Assembly (NCBI GenBank): GCA_965279525.1
Contig: CBDIIB010000003.1
Location: 32,001 to 96,000, forward strand
Source: Tagaea sp.
Lineage (GTDB): Bacteria; Pseudomonadota; Alphaproteobacteria; CACIAM-22H2
Direction: 5' to 3'
Length of the DNA stretch: 64,000 bases
The position numbers were made by a program, and so were the translations under genes. The notes below the pieces were generated by a model, which was not told the DNA's origin, did not search any database, and saw nothing but the letters and a program-made list of their open reading frames with translations. Shown one piece after another: positions 33,313 to 44,477 of the stretch; within the stretch, counting starts at the first letter, position 1, and every line of letters begins with the position of its first letter.

Positions 33313-35253
33313 ATGCACGATCCGAACGGCGATCTCGAACCTGAAGATTTCGGTGTCGCGCGGCCGATGGCCGAGACGTTTTCGGCAATCGCCGACGCGC
33401 GGCTTTCGCGCCGCGCCGCGTTGATGGGCGCTGCCGCCGCCGGCGTGCTGGCAGCCGTACCGGCCGGCGCGCAGTCGCGCGGTTCGAGCCTGACCTTCAA
33501 GGACGCGCCCAGCATCTACGACGAAAAATCGCGCGTAGCCGACGGCTATCGCGAGCAGGTCGTCGTTCGCTGGGGCGATGCGCTGTTCGCCGACGCGCCC
33601 GCCTTCGATCCGCTCAAACAGTCCGGTGCCGGTCAGGAACGCCAGTTCGGCTACAACTGCGACTTCACCGCTTTCATGCCGCTGCCGCTGGGTTCGAAGA
33701 ACTCGACGCACGGGCTGCTGTGCGTCAACCACGAATACTGCAACAGCAACCTCATGTTCCCGGGCGTGGCGACGCGCGGGGCGATCAACAAGGAGCAGTG
33801 CGAGGTCGAGATGTCCGCGCACGGCCTGTCGGTCGTCGAGGTGAAGAAGGAAGGCAGTGCCTGGAAGGTCGTCCAGGGCCGCTACAACCGGCGCCTGTCG
33901 ATGTCGGGCATGGCGTTCCGCGTGGCGGGGCCGGCGGCCGGCCATCCGCGCCTGCGCACCGCAGACGATCCGACCGGCACGCTGGTCATCGGCACGCTCA
34001 ACAACTGTGCCGGCGGCACGACGCCATGGGGCACGGTGCTGACGGGCGAGGAGAACTTCAACGGCTATTTCGGCGGCGATGCCGCCAAGACGCCCGAAGC
34101 GCGCAATCACCGTCGCTATGGCGTGCAGGCCTTCAACGGCGCGCCGTGGTCCAACCATTTCGAGCGTTTCCAGGTCGAGAAGTCGTGGAACGAGCCGAAC
34201 CGCTTCGGCTGGGTGTGCGAATACGACCCCTACGACCCGAACTCGTCGCCGGTGAAACGCACGGCACTTGGCCGCTTCAAGCACGAGGGGGCGACCTGCG
34301 TGGTCTGCCCCGACGGGCGCGTGGCGGTCTATTCGGGCGACGACGAGCGCTTCGAATATGTCTACCGCTTCGTCACGGCGGGCAAGTTCGATCCCAAGAA
34401 CCGTGCGGCCAACCGCCATCTGCTCGACGAGGGCACGCTGTCGGTCGCGAAGTTCGAGGCCGACGGCACGATGCGCTGGCTGCCGCTGGTCTTCGGGCAG
34501 GGGCCGCTGACGCCGGCCAACGGCTTCGCAAGCCAGGCCGACGTGCTGATCGAGGCGCGCCGGTCGGCCGACCTCGTCGGCGCCACGCCGATGGACCGCC
34601 CGGAGGACGTCGAGACAAATCCGGTGACGGGACGCACGTATATCGCCTGCACCTACAACGAGCGGCGCGCCGCCGCCGACGCCGCCGACGCGCGCACGCG
34701 CGTCAACGGTCCCAATCCGCGCGTCGACAACCGCACGGGCCAGATCGTCGAACTGATCCCGCCCGGCGGGCGCGGGGCGAGGGCCGACCACGCGGCGGAC
34801 GTGTTCCGCTGGGACCTGTTCATCCTCGGCGGCGATCCGGCGAACCCGGCGTCGGGCGCCAAATACGGTCCCGGCGTGTCTGCCGACGGCTGGCTCGCCG
34901 CACCCGACAATATCGGCTTCGACCCAAGGGGGCGCATCTGGATCTCGACGGACGGCATGCCCACGCAGGCCAATCCGCCGCGCCCCGACGGCGCGTTCGG
35001 CGCCGATACCGAAGGCCCGGGGCGCGCGGTCACAAAGCGTCTCTACGCGGCACCGTCCGGCGCCGAAGTGTGCAGCCCGTGCTTCACGCCGGACGGCCGC
35101 ACGGTGTTCCTCGCCATCCAGCATCCCGGCGAGGCGCGCGGCTCGACGTTCGAGACGCCGTCCTCGCGCTGGCCCGACTTCCGGCCCGGCATCCCGCCGC
35201 GCCCGTCCATCGTCGCGGTCGAACGCATCGACGGCAAGGAGATCGGCACATGA
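33313..35253 (+). CDS. phoX: PhoX family alkaline phosphatase (Tat-exported)
   Basis: SRRAAL Tat motif; [45 protein letters not shown]. Confidence 0.93.
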   Translation: MHDPNGDLEPEDFGVARPMAETFSAIADARLSRRAALMGAAAAGVLAAVPAGAQSRGSSLTFKDAPSIYDEKSRVADGYREQVVVRWGDALFADAPAFDPLKQSGAGQERQFGYNCDFTAFMPLPLGSKNSTHGLLCVNHEYCNSNLMFPGVATRGAINKEQCEVEMSAHGLSVVEVKKEGSAWKVVQGRYNRRLSMSGMAFRVAGPAAGHPRLRTADDPTGTLVIGTLNNCAGGTTPWGTVLTGEENFNGYFGGDAAKTPEARNHRRYGVQAFNGAPWSNHFERFQVEKSWNEPNRFGWVCEYDPYDPNSSPVKRTALGRFKHEGATCVVCPDGRVAVYSGDDERFEYVYRFVTAGKFDPKNRAANRHLLDEGTLSVAKFEADGTMRWLPLVFGQGPLTPANGFASQADVLIEARRSADLVGATPMDRPEDVETNPVTGRTYIACTYNERRAAADAADARTRVNGPNPRVDNRTGQIVELIPPGGRGARADHAADVFRWDLFILGGDPANPASGAKYGPGVSADGWLAAPDNIGFDPRGRIWISTDGMPTQANPPRPDGAFGADTEGPGRAVTKRLYAAPSGAEVCSPCFTPDGRTVFLAIQHPGEARGSTFETPSSRWPDFRPGIPPRPSIVAVERIDGKEIGT

Positions 35254-35675
35254 AGATCCTGCAGGAGTTCAAGGATTTCGCCTCGCGCGGCAACGTCGTC
35301 GACCTTGCCGTGGGCGTCATCATCGGGGCGGCGTTCACCGCGATCGTCGGCTCGCTCGTCAACGACATCCTGATGCCGCCCTTGGGCGTGCTGATCGGCG
35401 GCGTGGACTTCTCGAACTACTTCGTCGTGCTGTCGACTTCCGCTGCCGGTCCGTTCCCCAGCATCGATGCCGCCCAGAAGGCAGGCGTGGCGACGCTCAA
35501 CTACGGGCTGTTCATCAATGCCTGCATCAAGTTCATCATCGTGTCGTTCGCGGTGTTCCTTCTGGTCAAGCAGGTCAACCGCCTGAAGAAGCCCGAGCCG
35601 CCCAAGGCCCCGTCGGGGCCGACGCGCAGCGAGGTCCTGCTCGAGGAAATCCGCGACGCGCTGAAGGCGAAGTAG
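35250..35675 (+). CDS. mscL: Large-conductance mechanosensitive channel
   Basis: [40 protein letters not shown]. Confidence 0.95.
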   Translation: MKILQEFKDFASRGNVVDLAVGVIIGAAFTAIVGSLVNDILMPPLGVLIGGVDFSNYFVVLSTSAAGPFPSIDAAQKAGVATLNYGLFINACIKFIIVSFAVFLLVKQVNRLKKPEPPKAPSGPTRSEVLLEEIRDALKAK

Positions 35676-35679
35676 CCGT

Positions 35680-36850
35680 TCAGCCGAACGCGGTCCCGTG
35701 CGAAAGCGCGGGAATGGCGAGATGGCGGGCAAGGGACTGGCCGATATCCGCGAAGCTGTCGCGGATCCCCAGATCCCGCCCGCCGATCCCGGGGCCGAAC
35801 CAGATCACCGGCACATGCTCGCGCGTGTGGTCGCTGCCCTTCCACGTCGGATCGCAGCCATGGTCGGCCGTCAGCACCGCCACGTCGCCGGGGCGAAGGG
35901 CCGCGCGCACGTCCGGCAGGCGCAGGTCGAACGCTTCCAGTGCAGCGGCATAGCCCGCCACGTCGCGCCGGTGGCCGAACAGCGTGTCGAAATCGACGAA
36001 GTTGGTCATCGTCAGGCTGCCGTCGGGCGCGCTTGCGATGGCTTCGAGCGTGCGGTCCATCAAGGCGGCGTTGCCGTCGGCCTTGACCTCGCGCTTCGTG
36101 CCGTGATGCGCGTAGATGTCGCCGATCTTGCCGATCGCGATCGTCTCGCGGCCCGCCTCGACCAGCTTGTCGAGCAGCGTGGGCTCGGGCGGCGAGATCG
36201 CATAGTCCTTGCGGTTGCCGGTGCGTTTGAACGACCCGGGCGCTTCGCCCGTGAAGGGGCGCGCGATCACGCGGCCGATGTTCCAGGGCCGCACCAGTTC
36301 GAACGCGGCCTTGCAGACATCGAGCAGCCGGGCGAGGCCGAAATGCGTTTCGTGCGCCGCGATCTGGAACACGCTGTCGGCCGACGTGTAGACGATGGGC
36401 TTGCCGCTCGCGATGTGCGTCGTGCCCAGCTCGTCGAGGATCTGCGTGCCCGAGGCATGCCGGTTGCCCAGCACGCCGGGCAGCCCGCAACGCGCGACGA
36501 GCGCATCGGTCAGTTCAGCCGGGAAGCACGGCACCGTCTCGGGGAAGTAGCCCCATTCGAACGTGACCGGCACGCCGGCCATTTCCCAGTGGCCCGACGG
36601 CGTGTCCTTGCCCCGCGACAGCTCGCGCGCCGCCCCGTGCCAGGCTTCCGGGGCGGGGCCGGAATAGGGCGTGCCGGTCGCCGTGGCGTGCGCGGCATCG
36701 AGGCCGAGGCGCACGAGATTGGGCACCTTGGGCGCGTGGCGCCTTGCGGATGCTGCCCCAGGTGTCGGCACCGGTATCGCCGAAGCGCGCGGCGTCGGGC
36801 GTGGCGCCGATGCCGAACGAGTCCATCACCAGCACGAAGGCGCGCGCCAT
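35680..36850 (-). pseudogene. deoB: Phosphopentomutase, frameshifted (true lesion or sequencing error)
   Basis: N-terminus [23 protein letters not shown] is in one frame; [48 protein letters not shown] is in another; shift near 36740. Confidence 0.85.
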
Positions 36851-36852
36851 GT

Positions 36853-38169
36853 TCAGGCTCCCAGCGTTTCGCGCACGACCGGGCCGGCCGGTGCCGCGGC
36901 ATCGGCCACAGTATACGCCGCCTGCAGCGTGTGCGCCGCATGGTCGGCGCTGCGCTCGTCGCGCGCGTGCATCAGCGCCAGCGGCCGGCCGGAACCGACT
37001 TCGGCGCCGAGGGGTGCGAGCTCGACGAACCCGACCGTCGGATCGATGGCCGCCGCCGGGTCCGTGCGGCCGCCGCCCAGTTCGAGGACCGCCACGCCGA
37101 CCGCGCGCGTCGCGATCGACGAAACGAAGCCCGGCCGCACCGGATGGACCGCACGCACGATCGGCGCCTTCGCAAGATACGCATCCGGCCGTTCGATCAG
37201 GTCGGAGGGTCCGCCAAGTGCCGCGACCATGCGCGCGAAACGCTCGGCCGCCGCACCCGAGGCAAGTGCCGCATCGAGTTTCTTCGCCGCCTCGTCACTG
37301 GGCGCGATGCCGGCAAGATCGAGCAGTTCGACGGCCAGCGCGCGCGTGCATTCGTGCAGCCGTGCGTCGCGCGTGCCGGCGAGATACGCGATCGCCTCGC
37401 GAACCTCGAGCGCGTTGCCGACGCTCGATCCGAGGGGGGAGTCCATGTCGGTCAGCAGGGCGCGCGTCCGCAGGCCAGCACCGTTTGCGACCTCGACGAT
37501 GGATTGCGCCAGTTCGCGCGCCTGACCGTAGTCGGCGAGGAAAGCGCCCGAGCCGAACTTGACGTCGATCACCAGCGCGTCGGCGCCTGCGGCGAGCTTC
37601 TTGGACAGGATCGAGGACGTCAGCAGGCCGATCATCTCGACCGTCGCGGTCACGTCGCGGATCGCGTAGAGCCGCTTGTCGGCCGGGGCGAGATTCGCCG
37701 TCGGGCCGACGATGGCGCAGCCGACCTCGCGCACCGTTCGCCGGAAGCGCTTGTTGTCGGGCCTGGCGTCGTAGCCCGGAATGCTTTCCAGCTTGTCGAG
37801 CGTGCCGCCGGTATGCCCGAGGCCCCGGCCCGATATCTTGGGAACGAAGCCGCCGCACGCCGCGACCCACGGGGTGAGCATCAGGCTGACCTTGTCGCCC
37901 ACGCCGCCCGACGAATGCTTGTCGACGACCGGACCCGTCAGGTTCTCGCCTTTCCACGACAGCATTTCGCCCGAGCGCGCCATCGCGCGCGTCAATGCCA
38001 CGCACTCGCCGCGGTCCAGGCCACGCAGGAACATCGCCATCGCCAGCGCGCCGACCTGCGCGTCGACCAGGCCCTTGCCGTCGGCGATGCCGGCGACCAG
38101 CGCCTCGATCTCGGAATCCTCGAGCCGGTGGCCGTCGCGCTTCTTGCGGATCAGTTCCTGCGGCAGCAT
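36853..38169 (-). CDS. deoA: Thymidine/pyrimidine nucleoside phosphorylase
   Basis: [44 protein letters not shown]. Confidence 0.93.
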   Translation of the reverse strand: MLPQELIRKKRDGHRLEDSEIEALVAGIADGKGLVDAQVGALAMAMFLRGLDRGECVALTRAMARSGEMLSWKGENLTGPVVDKHSSGGVGDKVSLMLTPWVAACGGFVPKISGRGLGHTGGTLDKLESIPGYDARPDNKRFRRTVREVGCAIVGPTANLAPADKRLYAIRDVTATVEMIGLLTSSILSKKLAAGADALVIDVKFGSGAFLADYGQARELAQSIVEVANGAGLRTRALLTDMDSPLGSSVGNALEVREAIAYLAGTRDARLHECTRALAVELLDLAGIAPSDEAAKKLDAALASGAAAERFARMVAALGGPSDLIERPDAYLAKAPIVRAVHPVRPGFVSSIATRAVGVAVLELGGGRTDPAAAIDPTVGFVELAPLGAEVGSGRPLALMHARDERSADHAAHTLQAAYTVADAAAPAGPVVRETLGA

Positions 38170-38173
38170 CGGT

Positions 38174-38917
38174 TCAGCCGCCCGGCCGGCCGTCGAGGAC
38201 GGCGAGGAGCGCTTCAAGCAGGTCCGAAGCACCCAGGCGGAACGTCTCGGGCCGCACCCACGAAGCGCCCCGGATTCGGTCGGCGAGTTCCAGATACGCG
38301 CGCGCGTCGCCAAGCGTGCGCACGCCGCCCGAGACCTTCACGCCGATCTCGCGCGGTGCCTTGCGCGCGGCTTCCAGCAGCACGCGCACCGTCTCGGGGC
38401 TGGCCCCCGCCGCGATCCTGCCGGTCGAGGTCTTGAGCATGTCGCCGCCGGCATCGATCACCTCGGCGCACGCGGCCGTCAGGCGCGCCATGTCGGTGAA
38501 GTGGCCGGCTTCGAGAATCACTTTCAGCGGGACCTTGGGCCCGCAGATCGCCTTGGCGGCGGCGACCATCGTTGCGGCCTTCACCTTCTCGCCGCGCAGC
38601 CACTCGACATAGGGGAAGACCAGGTCGATCTCGTCCGCCCCGTCGTGCAGCGCCTTGCGCACCGCGAGCAGCACGTCGGGGCGCGGCTCGCTGCCCGACG
38701 GGAAATTGACGACGGTGGCGACACGCACGTTCGTGCCCGCAAGTTCGGCATTCGCCTGCGCCACGAAACGCGGCCACACGCAGACCGCGGCGACCGCCCC
38801 GTGCGGCGTGACGGCGCGTGCGCACAACGCGGCCGTCGAGGCGGCGTCGTCGGAATCGTCGAGACTGGTGAGGTCGACGAGCGGCAGCGCGCGGCGGGCG
38901 AGGTCGATGTCGGTCAT
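38174..38917 (-). CDS. deoC: Deoxyribose-phosphate aldolase
   Basis: DLTSL, ATVVNFP, GADEID, LKVILE, KTSTG, GVKVSGG, FRLGAS. Confidence 0.92.
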   Translation of the reverse strand: MTDIDLARRALPLVDLTSLDDSDDAASTAALCARAVTPHGAVAAVCVWPRFVAQANAELAGTNVRVATVVNFPSGSEPRPDVLLAVRKALHDGADEIDLVFPYVEWLRGEKVKAATMVAAAKAICGPKVPLKVILEAGHFTDMARLTAACAEVIDAGGDMLKTSTGRIAAGASPETVRVLLEAARKAPREIGVKVSGGVRTLGDARAYLELADRIRGASWVRPETFRLGASDLLEALLAVLDGRPGG

Positions 38918-39744
38918 GCGGACGCGATCTCCGGCAGGGCGGCGCGCAGCAGCGCCGAAAGATCGGTGCCGATGCGCGCGGCGACGGCTTGCGTGTGGTC
39001 GTGCGACAGGTGCTGGCCATCGCGCATGCCGGCGACCAGATTGGTGACGGCACTGATCGCGGCCACGCGCAGGCCGCAGTGGCGTGCCACCATCACCTCG
39101 GGTGCCGTGGACATGCCGACGAGGTCGGCGCCCAGCGTGCGCAGCGCGCGGATTTCGGCCGGCGTCTCGAAATTGGGGCCCAGATACCAGGCATAGACGC
39201 CTTCGGGCAGGCCGATGCCGAGCGATCCTGCCGCCTTGCGCAACACGGCGCGCAAGGCCGGGTCGTAGGCGTCGGTCATCGGGAAGAAGCGCGGGCCCCA
39301 TTCCTCGTCGTTCGGGCCGACGAGCGGGCAAATACCTGCCCACGCGATATGATCGCTGATGAGGACGAGGGAACCCTCGTCGCTCGATTTGTGGAAGCTG
39401 CCGGCGGCGTTGGTCAGCACCAGCCGGTCGACGCCCAGCGCCTTCAGCGTGCGGATCGGGTGTTTGATCGCGGCCGGCTCGACGCCTTCATAGAGATGCA
39501 CGCGCCCCTGCAGGCACGCGACCGGCACGCCGGCAAGCGTGCCCGCGACCAGACGGCCCGCATGGCCGGCCACGCTTGAAACGTGGAAGCCCGGAATGTC
39601 GGCATAGGGAATGGCGACCGCATCCTCGATCTGCCCGGCAAGCGGCCCGAGACCGGACCCCAGCACGATGCCGACGCGCGGGCGCCTGGCACCCAGCTTC
39701 GTCTTCAGGTAGGCGGCCGCGTCGTGCGGGCTTGCCACGCTCAC
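38914..39744 (-). CDS. punA: Purine nucleoside phosphorylase (trimeric PNP/xapA type)
   Basis: IVLGSGLG, GHAG, QGRVHLYEG, TNAAG, GPNFETPAE, VGMST. Confidence 0.88.
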   Translation of the reverse strand: MSVASPHDAAAYLKTKLGARRPRVGIVLGSGLGPLAGQIEDAVAIPYADIPGFHVSSVAGHAGRLVAGTLAGVPVACLQGRVHLYEGVEPAAIKHPIRTLKALGVDRLVLTNAAGSFHKSSDEGSLVLISDHIAWAGICPLVGPNDEEWGPRFFPMTDAYDPALRAVLRKAAGSLGIGLPEGVYAWYLGPNFETPAEIRALRTLGADLVGMSTAPEVMVARHCGLRVAAISAVTNLVAGMRDGQHLSHDHTQAVAARIGTDLSALLRAALPEIASA

Positions 39745-40715
39745 TTCTCCTTCACGTAGGCGATGCCGCTCGCCTTGGGTGCGACCGCCTTGCCGACGAA
39801 TCCGGCAAGCAGCAGCACCGTGAGAATATAGGGCAGGGCCTGGATCGCATGTATGGGAACGATGCCTATCCCCGGCAGCGACACGCCCTGCAGCCGGCCT
39901 TGGGCGGCGTCGGCGAAGGCGAAGAGCAGGCAGGCGAGCACGGTGGGCACCGGCATCCACTTGCCGAAGATGAGGGCGGCGAGGGCGAGGAACCCGCGCC
40001 CGGCGGTCATCTCGCGCTGGAACGAGGCGGACTGCGCGATGGCGAGATAGGCGCCGGCCGCGCCGCACAGCACGCCGCAGGCGAGCATCGCGCGGTAACG
40101 CAGCCACGCGACCGAGATGCCGGCGGTATCGACCGCGTGCGGGTTCTCGCCGACCGCGCGAAGGCGCAGGCCGAAGCGCGTGCGGAACACGACGAACGAC
40201 ACGGCCGGGACCAGCAGCACGGTCAGGTAGACGAGCGCGTTGTGGCCCGAGAGGAGACCGGAATAGAACCGGCCGAGATACGGCACGCCGGCAAGCGCCG
40301 ACGCGAAGGGCAGCTCGATGGGGCGGAAGCGCAGCGCGTCGGCGAGGGCAGGGGAATTGCCGCCTTCGTCGAACCACGCATAGGCAAGCGCCACCGTCAG
40401 CCCGGCGGCCAGCACGTTGATCGCCATGCCGGTCACGACCTGGTTGCCGCGATGCGTGACGCAGGCAAAGGCATGCGCCAGCGCGAAGGCGCAGCCGACC
40501 GCGACGGCGACGCCAAGTCCCAGCCACGGCGACTGGAGCCAGTGGGCCGTGCAGGCGGCCGCGAAGGCCCCGGCCAGCATCTTGCCTTCAAGCCCGATAT
40601 CGACGAGGCCCGAGCGTTCGGCGAACAGCCCCGCCAGCGCGCACAGCACGAGCGGTACGGCCAGACGCACGGTCGAGGCGAGCAGCGAGACGATCTGGGC
40701 GAAATGGTCTTCCAT
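39741..40715 (-). CDS. Nucleoside ABC transporter permease
   Basis: ERSGLVDIGLEG, GLRLRAVGENP, GRGFLALAALIFGKW, ALPY. Confidence 0.88.
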   Translation of the reverse strand: MEDHFAQIVSLLASTVRLAVPLVLCALAGLFAERSGLVDIGLEGKMLAGAFAAACTAHWLQSPWLGLGVAVAVGCAFALAHAFACVTHRGNQVVTGMAINVLAAGLTVALAYAWFDEGGNSPALADALRFRPIELPFASALAGVPYLGRFYSGLLSGHNALVYLTVLLVPAVSFVVFRTRFGLRLRAVGENPHAVDTAGISVAWLRYRAMLACGVLCGAAGAYLAIAQSASFQREMTAGRGFLALAALIFGKWMPVPTVLACLLFAFADAAQGRLQGVSLPGIGIVPIHAIQALPYILTVLLLAGFVGKAVAPKASGIAYVKEK

Positions 40716-41812
40716 CAGGCCGGCCGCGCGCGTGCGAAAAGCCTGGCGAGCGCCGGGCGGAACATGTTCTCCAGCGCGCCGCAGAACAGGATGATCAGGC
40801 CCTGGATGACGATGACGAGGTCGCGGCTGATGGCGTGCACCTCGAAGGCGAGTTCGCCACCGCCCTGGTAGAGCGCGCCGAACAGCAGGGCGGCAAGGCA
40901 GATGCCCACCGGATGATTGCGGCCCATCAACGCGACCGCGATGCCCACGAAGCCGTAGCCGCCGGTGAAGGCGAGCAGCAGGCGCTGCTGGGCGCCCTGC
41001 ACCTCGTTGACCGCCATCAGCCCGGCGAGTGCGCCCGAGATCGCCATGGCCACGACGATCGTGCGGGCGGGATCGATGCCTGCATAGCGTGCCGCCTGTT
41101 CGTTGGCGCCCACGGTGCGCAGCTCGTAGCCCGCGCGCGTGTGCCACACATAGACCCACACGAGGCCGGCGGCGGCGAGGGCCAGGAAAAACGCGGCGTT
41201 GAGTGGCGTGCGCGGAGCCTCGAGTCCGAACCAGCCGGCCATCTCGCCGAGCGACCACAGCGTGGTGTGGCCTGCAAAGCGCCGCGTTTCGGGCGAGCCG
41301 TGGGTGGGGTCGAGCAGCACGTTGGACAGCAGGTAGGTCATCAGTGCTGCGGCAATGAAGTTGAACATGATCGTCGTGATGACGATGTGGCTGCCGCGGC
41401 GCGCCTGCAGCCAGCCGGGGACCGCACCCCATGCCGCACCGAACGCCGCCGCCGCGAGAATGGCGAGCGGAACGGCGACGAAGCCGGGCAATCCCTCGAG
41501 GAACAGGCACACCAGCGCCACGCCGAGCCCGGCGACATAGGCCTGTCCTTCGCCGCCGATGTTGAACAGGCCCGCATGGAACGCGATCGCGACGGCAAGG
41601 CCGGTGAACACGAAATTCGTCGCGTAGTAGAGGGTGTAGCCCAGAGCTTCGGGATAACCCACGGCGCCGTTGACGAGGATCGCGAGTGCCTGGAGCGGAT
41701 TGACCCCGATCGCCAGCACGACGAGCGAGGACAGCAGCCCCGCCGCGACGAGGTTGACGAGCGGCAGCAGGCCCCAGTCGACCCAGGGCGGCAGGCGGTG
41801 AATGCCGCTCAT
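40715..41812 (-). CDS. Nucleoside ABC transporter permease
   Basis: GLFNIGGEGQ, ITTIMFN, GYELRTVGAN, GIAVALMGRNHP. Confidence 0.88.
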   Translation of the reverse strand: MSGIHRLPPWVDWGLLPLVNLVAAGLLSSLVVLAIGVNPLQALAILVNGAVGYPEALGYTLYYATNFVFTGLAVAIAFHAGLFNIGGEGQAYVAGLGVALVCLFLEGLPGFVAVPLAILAAAAFGAAWGAVPGWLQARRGSHIVITTIMFNFIAAALMTYLLSNVLLDPTHGSPETRRFAGHTTLWSLGEMAGWFGLEAPRTPLNAAFFLALAAAGLVWVYVWHTRAGYELRTVGANEQAARYAGIDPARTIVVAMAISGALAGLMAVNEVQGAQQRLLLAFTGGYGFVGIAVALMGRNHPVGICLAALLFGALYQGGGELAFEVHAISRDLVIVIQGLIILFCGALENMFRPALARLFARARPA

Positions 41813-43347
41813 TCCGCCGCCGCCGCGTGGGAACCGGCCATCAGCAGGCCGAGGCTGCGTTCGTCGGCCTCGTGGCGCGCCAGTTCGCCCATGATCCGGC
41901 CGTCGAACATCACGAGGATGCGGTCGGCAAGGCCGAGGATCTCGTCGAGCTCGCAGCTCACCAGCAGGATCGCCTTGCCGGCGTCACGAAGCGCCACCAG
42001 CCGGCGGTGGATGAACTCGATGGCGCCGATATCCACCCCGCGCGTCGGCTGGCCGACGATCAGCAGGTCGGGGTCGCGGTCGATCTCGCGCCCGAGCACG
42101 ATCTTCTGCTGGTTGCCGCCGCTGAAATCGCCGCTGCGCTGGGCGGGGACGGGCGGGCGCACGTCGTATTCCGCCATCAGCCGGCGCGTGCGCTCGGTGG
42201 CGGCGCGCGCCGACAGCATGGGCCCCGGGCCCAGCTCGACGTCGTCGTGATAGCCAAGGATGGCGCTTTCGCTTGCCGCGTGGCCTGCGACGAGCCCCAT
42301 GCGCAACCGGTCCTCGGGCACGTGCGCGATGTGCGAAGCGCGCGCGGCCTTGCAGGCCTGCGCGTGGCCCGGTGCCGTCAGGGGTTCGCCCTTGTAGAGG
42401 ACGCGCCCGCCCTGCAACGCGCGCAGGCCCGCCAGCACCTCGATCAATTCGCTCTGTCCGTTCCCGGCCACGCCCGCGATGCCCACGATCTCGCCCGCGC
42501 GCACCGCGAACGACACGCCGCGCAGGCGTTCCACGCCGCGCGCGTCCACATGGCGCAGGTTCTCCGCGCGCAGCACTTCCGCACCCGGCCTTGCTTCGGT
42601 CTTGGCCACGCGCAGCAGCACGCGCCGCCCCACCATCAGTTCGGCGAGTTCTTCCTGCGTGGTCGCGGACGTCGGCCGCGTGGCCACCACGGCGCCCTGG
42701 CGCATGACCGTCACGCGGTCGGTGATCGCGAGGATTTCCTGGAGCTTGTGCGTGATCAGCACGACCGTCTTGCCCTGGTCGCGCCAGCGCGCGAGCAGGG
42801 CGAAAAGCCCTTCGGCCTCCTGCGGCGTCAGCACGGCCGTAGGCTCGTCGAGAATCAGGATGCGCGCCCCGCGATAGAGCGCTTTCAGGATCTCGACGCG
42901 CTGCTGCGTGCCCACGTCGAGATCGGCGATCCGGGCGTCGAGATCGACGTCGAGGGAATAGTCCGCCATCAGCTTCGAAAGGCCCGCGCGTGCGGCGGCC
43001 TCGCCGCTCGCGAGAAGGGCGCCTCCCTCGGCGCCGAGCAGCACGTTCTCGAGCACGGTGAAGGTCTCGACCAGCATGAAATGCTGGTGGACCATGCCGA
43101 TGCCGGCGCCGATCGCATCCTGCGGGGAGGCGATGGCGACGGGCCGGCCGTCGACGCTTATGGTGCCGCCGTCCGGCCGGTAGTAGCCGTAGACGATCCC
43201 CATCAGCGTCGACTTGCCGGCGCCGTTCTCGCCCACGATGCCGTGGATCGAGCCTTTGGCGACGGCAAGGTCGATCGCGCGGTTGGCGTGCACGTCCCCG
43301 AAGCGCTTGTCGATGCCGGCAAGGGCGAGGGCGGGCACGCCTTCCAT
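41809..43347 (-). CDS. Nucleoside ABC transporter ATP-binding protein (tandem NBDs)
   Basis: GENGAGKSTL, MVHQHF, QRVEILK, SGGNQQK, QPTRGVD. Confidence 0.9.
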   Translation of the reverse strand: MEGVPALALAGIDKRFGDVHANRAIDLAVAKGSIHGIVGENGAGKSTLMGIVYGYYRPDGGTISVDGRPVAIASPQDAIGAGIGMVHQHFMLVETFTVLENVLLGAEGGALLASGEAAARAGLSKLMADYSLDVDLDARIADLDVGTQQRVEILKALYRGARILILDEPTAVLTPQEAEGLFALLARWRDQGKTVVLITHKLQEILAITDRVTVMRQGAVVATRPTSATTQEELAELMVGRRVLLRVAKTEARPGAEVLRAENLRHVDARGVERLRGVSFAVRAGEIVGIAGVAGNGQSELIEVLAGLRALQGGRVLYKGEPLTAPGHAQACKAARASHIAHVPEDRLRMGLVAGHAASESAILGYHDDVELGPGPMLSARAATERTRRLMAEYDVRPPVPAQRSGDFSGGNQQKIVLGREIDRDPDLLIVGQPTRGVDIGAIEFIHRRLVALRDAGKAILLVSCELDEILGLADRILVMFDGRIMGELARHEADERSLGLLMAGSHAAAAE

Positions 43348-43366
43348 CGCGTCTAGCCCATCACGT

Positions 43367-44347
43367 CTAGCGCTGTGCCGTGACGTCCGTGACCTGGATG
43401 CGGCCCGCGATGATCGCCTCGCGCGCCTCGTTGATCCGCTTCTCCATGTCCGGCGACACGAGTGCGCGGTTGTGCTCGTCCACCGACCAGCCCACGCCCT
43501 GTTCCTTGAGACCCAGGACGCTGACGCCGGCCTTCCAGGTGCCCTGGCGGGCCTGGATCATCGAGTTGTAGACCGCCACGTCGACGCGCTTGATCATCGA
43601 GGTGAGCATCGTGCCCGGATGCAGGTGGTTCTGGTTGCTGTCCACGCCGACGGCAAGGCGGCGCGCGTCCTTGGCGGCCTGGTAGACGCCAAGGCCCGTG
43701 GCACCCGCCGCCGCATAGACGACGTCGGCGCCGCGGTCGAACTGGCCGCGCGCGAGTTCGGCGCCGCGCGTCGGGTCGTTGAACGCGGCCGGCGTGGTGC
43801 CGGTCATGTTCATGAACACTTCGGTCGATGCCTTGGCGTACTTGGCACCTTCCTCGTAGCCCTTGTAGAACTTGCGGATCAGCGGGATGTCCATGCCGCC
43901 GACGAAGCCGACCTTTCCGGTCTTCGAGGCGAGGGCTGCCGCCATGCCGACGAGGAACGAGCCCTCGTGCTCGCGGAAGACGATCGACTGCACGTTGGGC
44001 AGGTCGACGACGCTGTCGATCAGCGTGAACTTGACGTTCGGGAACTCCTTGGCGACGGTCTCGACCGCCGAGCGGTTGTTGAAGCCGACCGCGACGACGA
44101 CCGAAGCCCCCCGGCGGGCGAGATTGCGGATCGACTGCTCGCGCTCGGCGGCGTTGCGCACCTCGAACTCGGCGTACTGGACGCCGGTTTCCTTCTTGAA
44201 GCGCTCGGCACCATCGTATGCAGCCTGGTTGAACGAGCGGTCGAACTTGCCGCCGACGTCGAAAGTGACGGCGGGGGCGTTCTGGGCCTGGACCGTGCCG
44301 GCGGACAGCACGGCGGCGATCGTCGCGGCAAATGCTAGGTTTTTCAT
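43367..44347 (-). CDS. BMP family ABC substrate-binding protein
   Basis: GGKFDRSFN, FREHEGSFLVG, VGFVGGM, GVDSNQ, TSMIKRVD. Confidence 0.9.
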   Translation of the reverse strand: MKNLAFAATIAAVLSAGTVQAQNAPAVTFDVGGKFDRSFNQAAYDGAERFKKETGVQYAEFEVRNAAEREQSIRNLARRGASVVVAVGFNNRSAVETVAKEFPNVKFTLIDSVVDLPNVQSIVFREHEGSFLVGMAAALASKTGKVGFVGGMDIPLIRKFYKGYEEGAKYAKASTEVFMNMTGTTPAAFNDPTRGAELARGQFDRGADVVYAAAGATGLGVYQAAKDARRLAVGVDSNQNHLHPGTMLTSMIKRVDVAVYNSMIQARQGTWKAGVSVLGLKEQGVGWSVDEHNRALVSPDMEKRINEAREAIIAGRIQVTDVTAQR

Positions 44348-44477
44348 TGTTTTCTGGCTCCTCGGGCGGGGTCGTCGCGTTCCTGCGCAATGTGGCAAAG
44401 CTGCCGTGCGGAATCAACGCCCGCTTGGCAACCGGCGGCCGTACGGCGCAAAGTCCCGACTGGATTCGAGGAGAGTC

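Noticed and set aside
36720-36760. Programmed ribosomal frameshift in deoB
   Set aside because: No slippery sequence or clear stimulator, and no precedent known to me; an indel is simpler.
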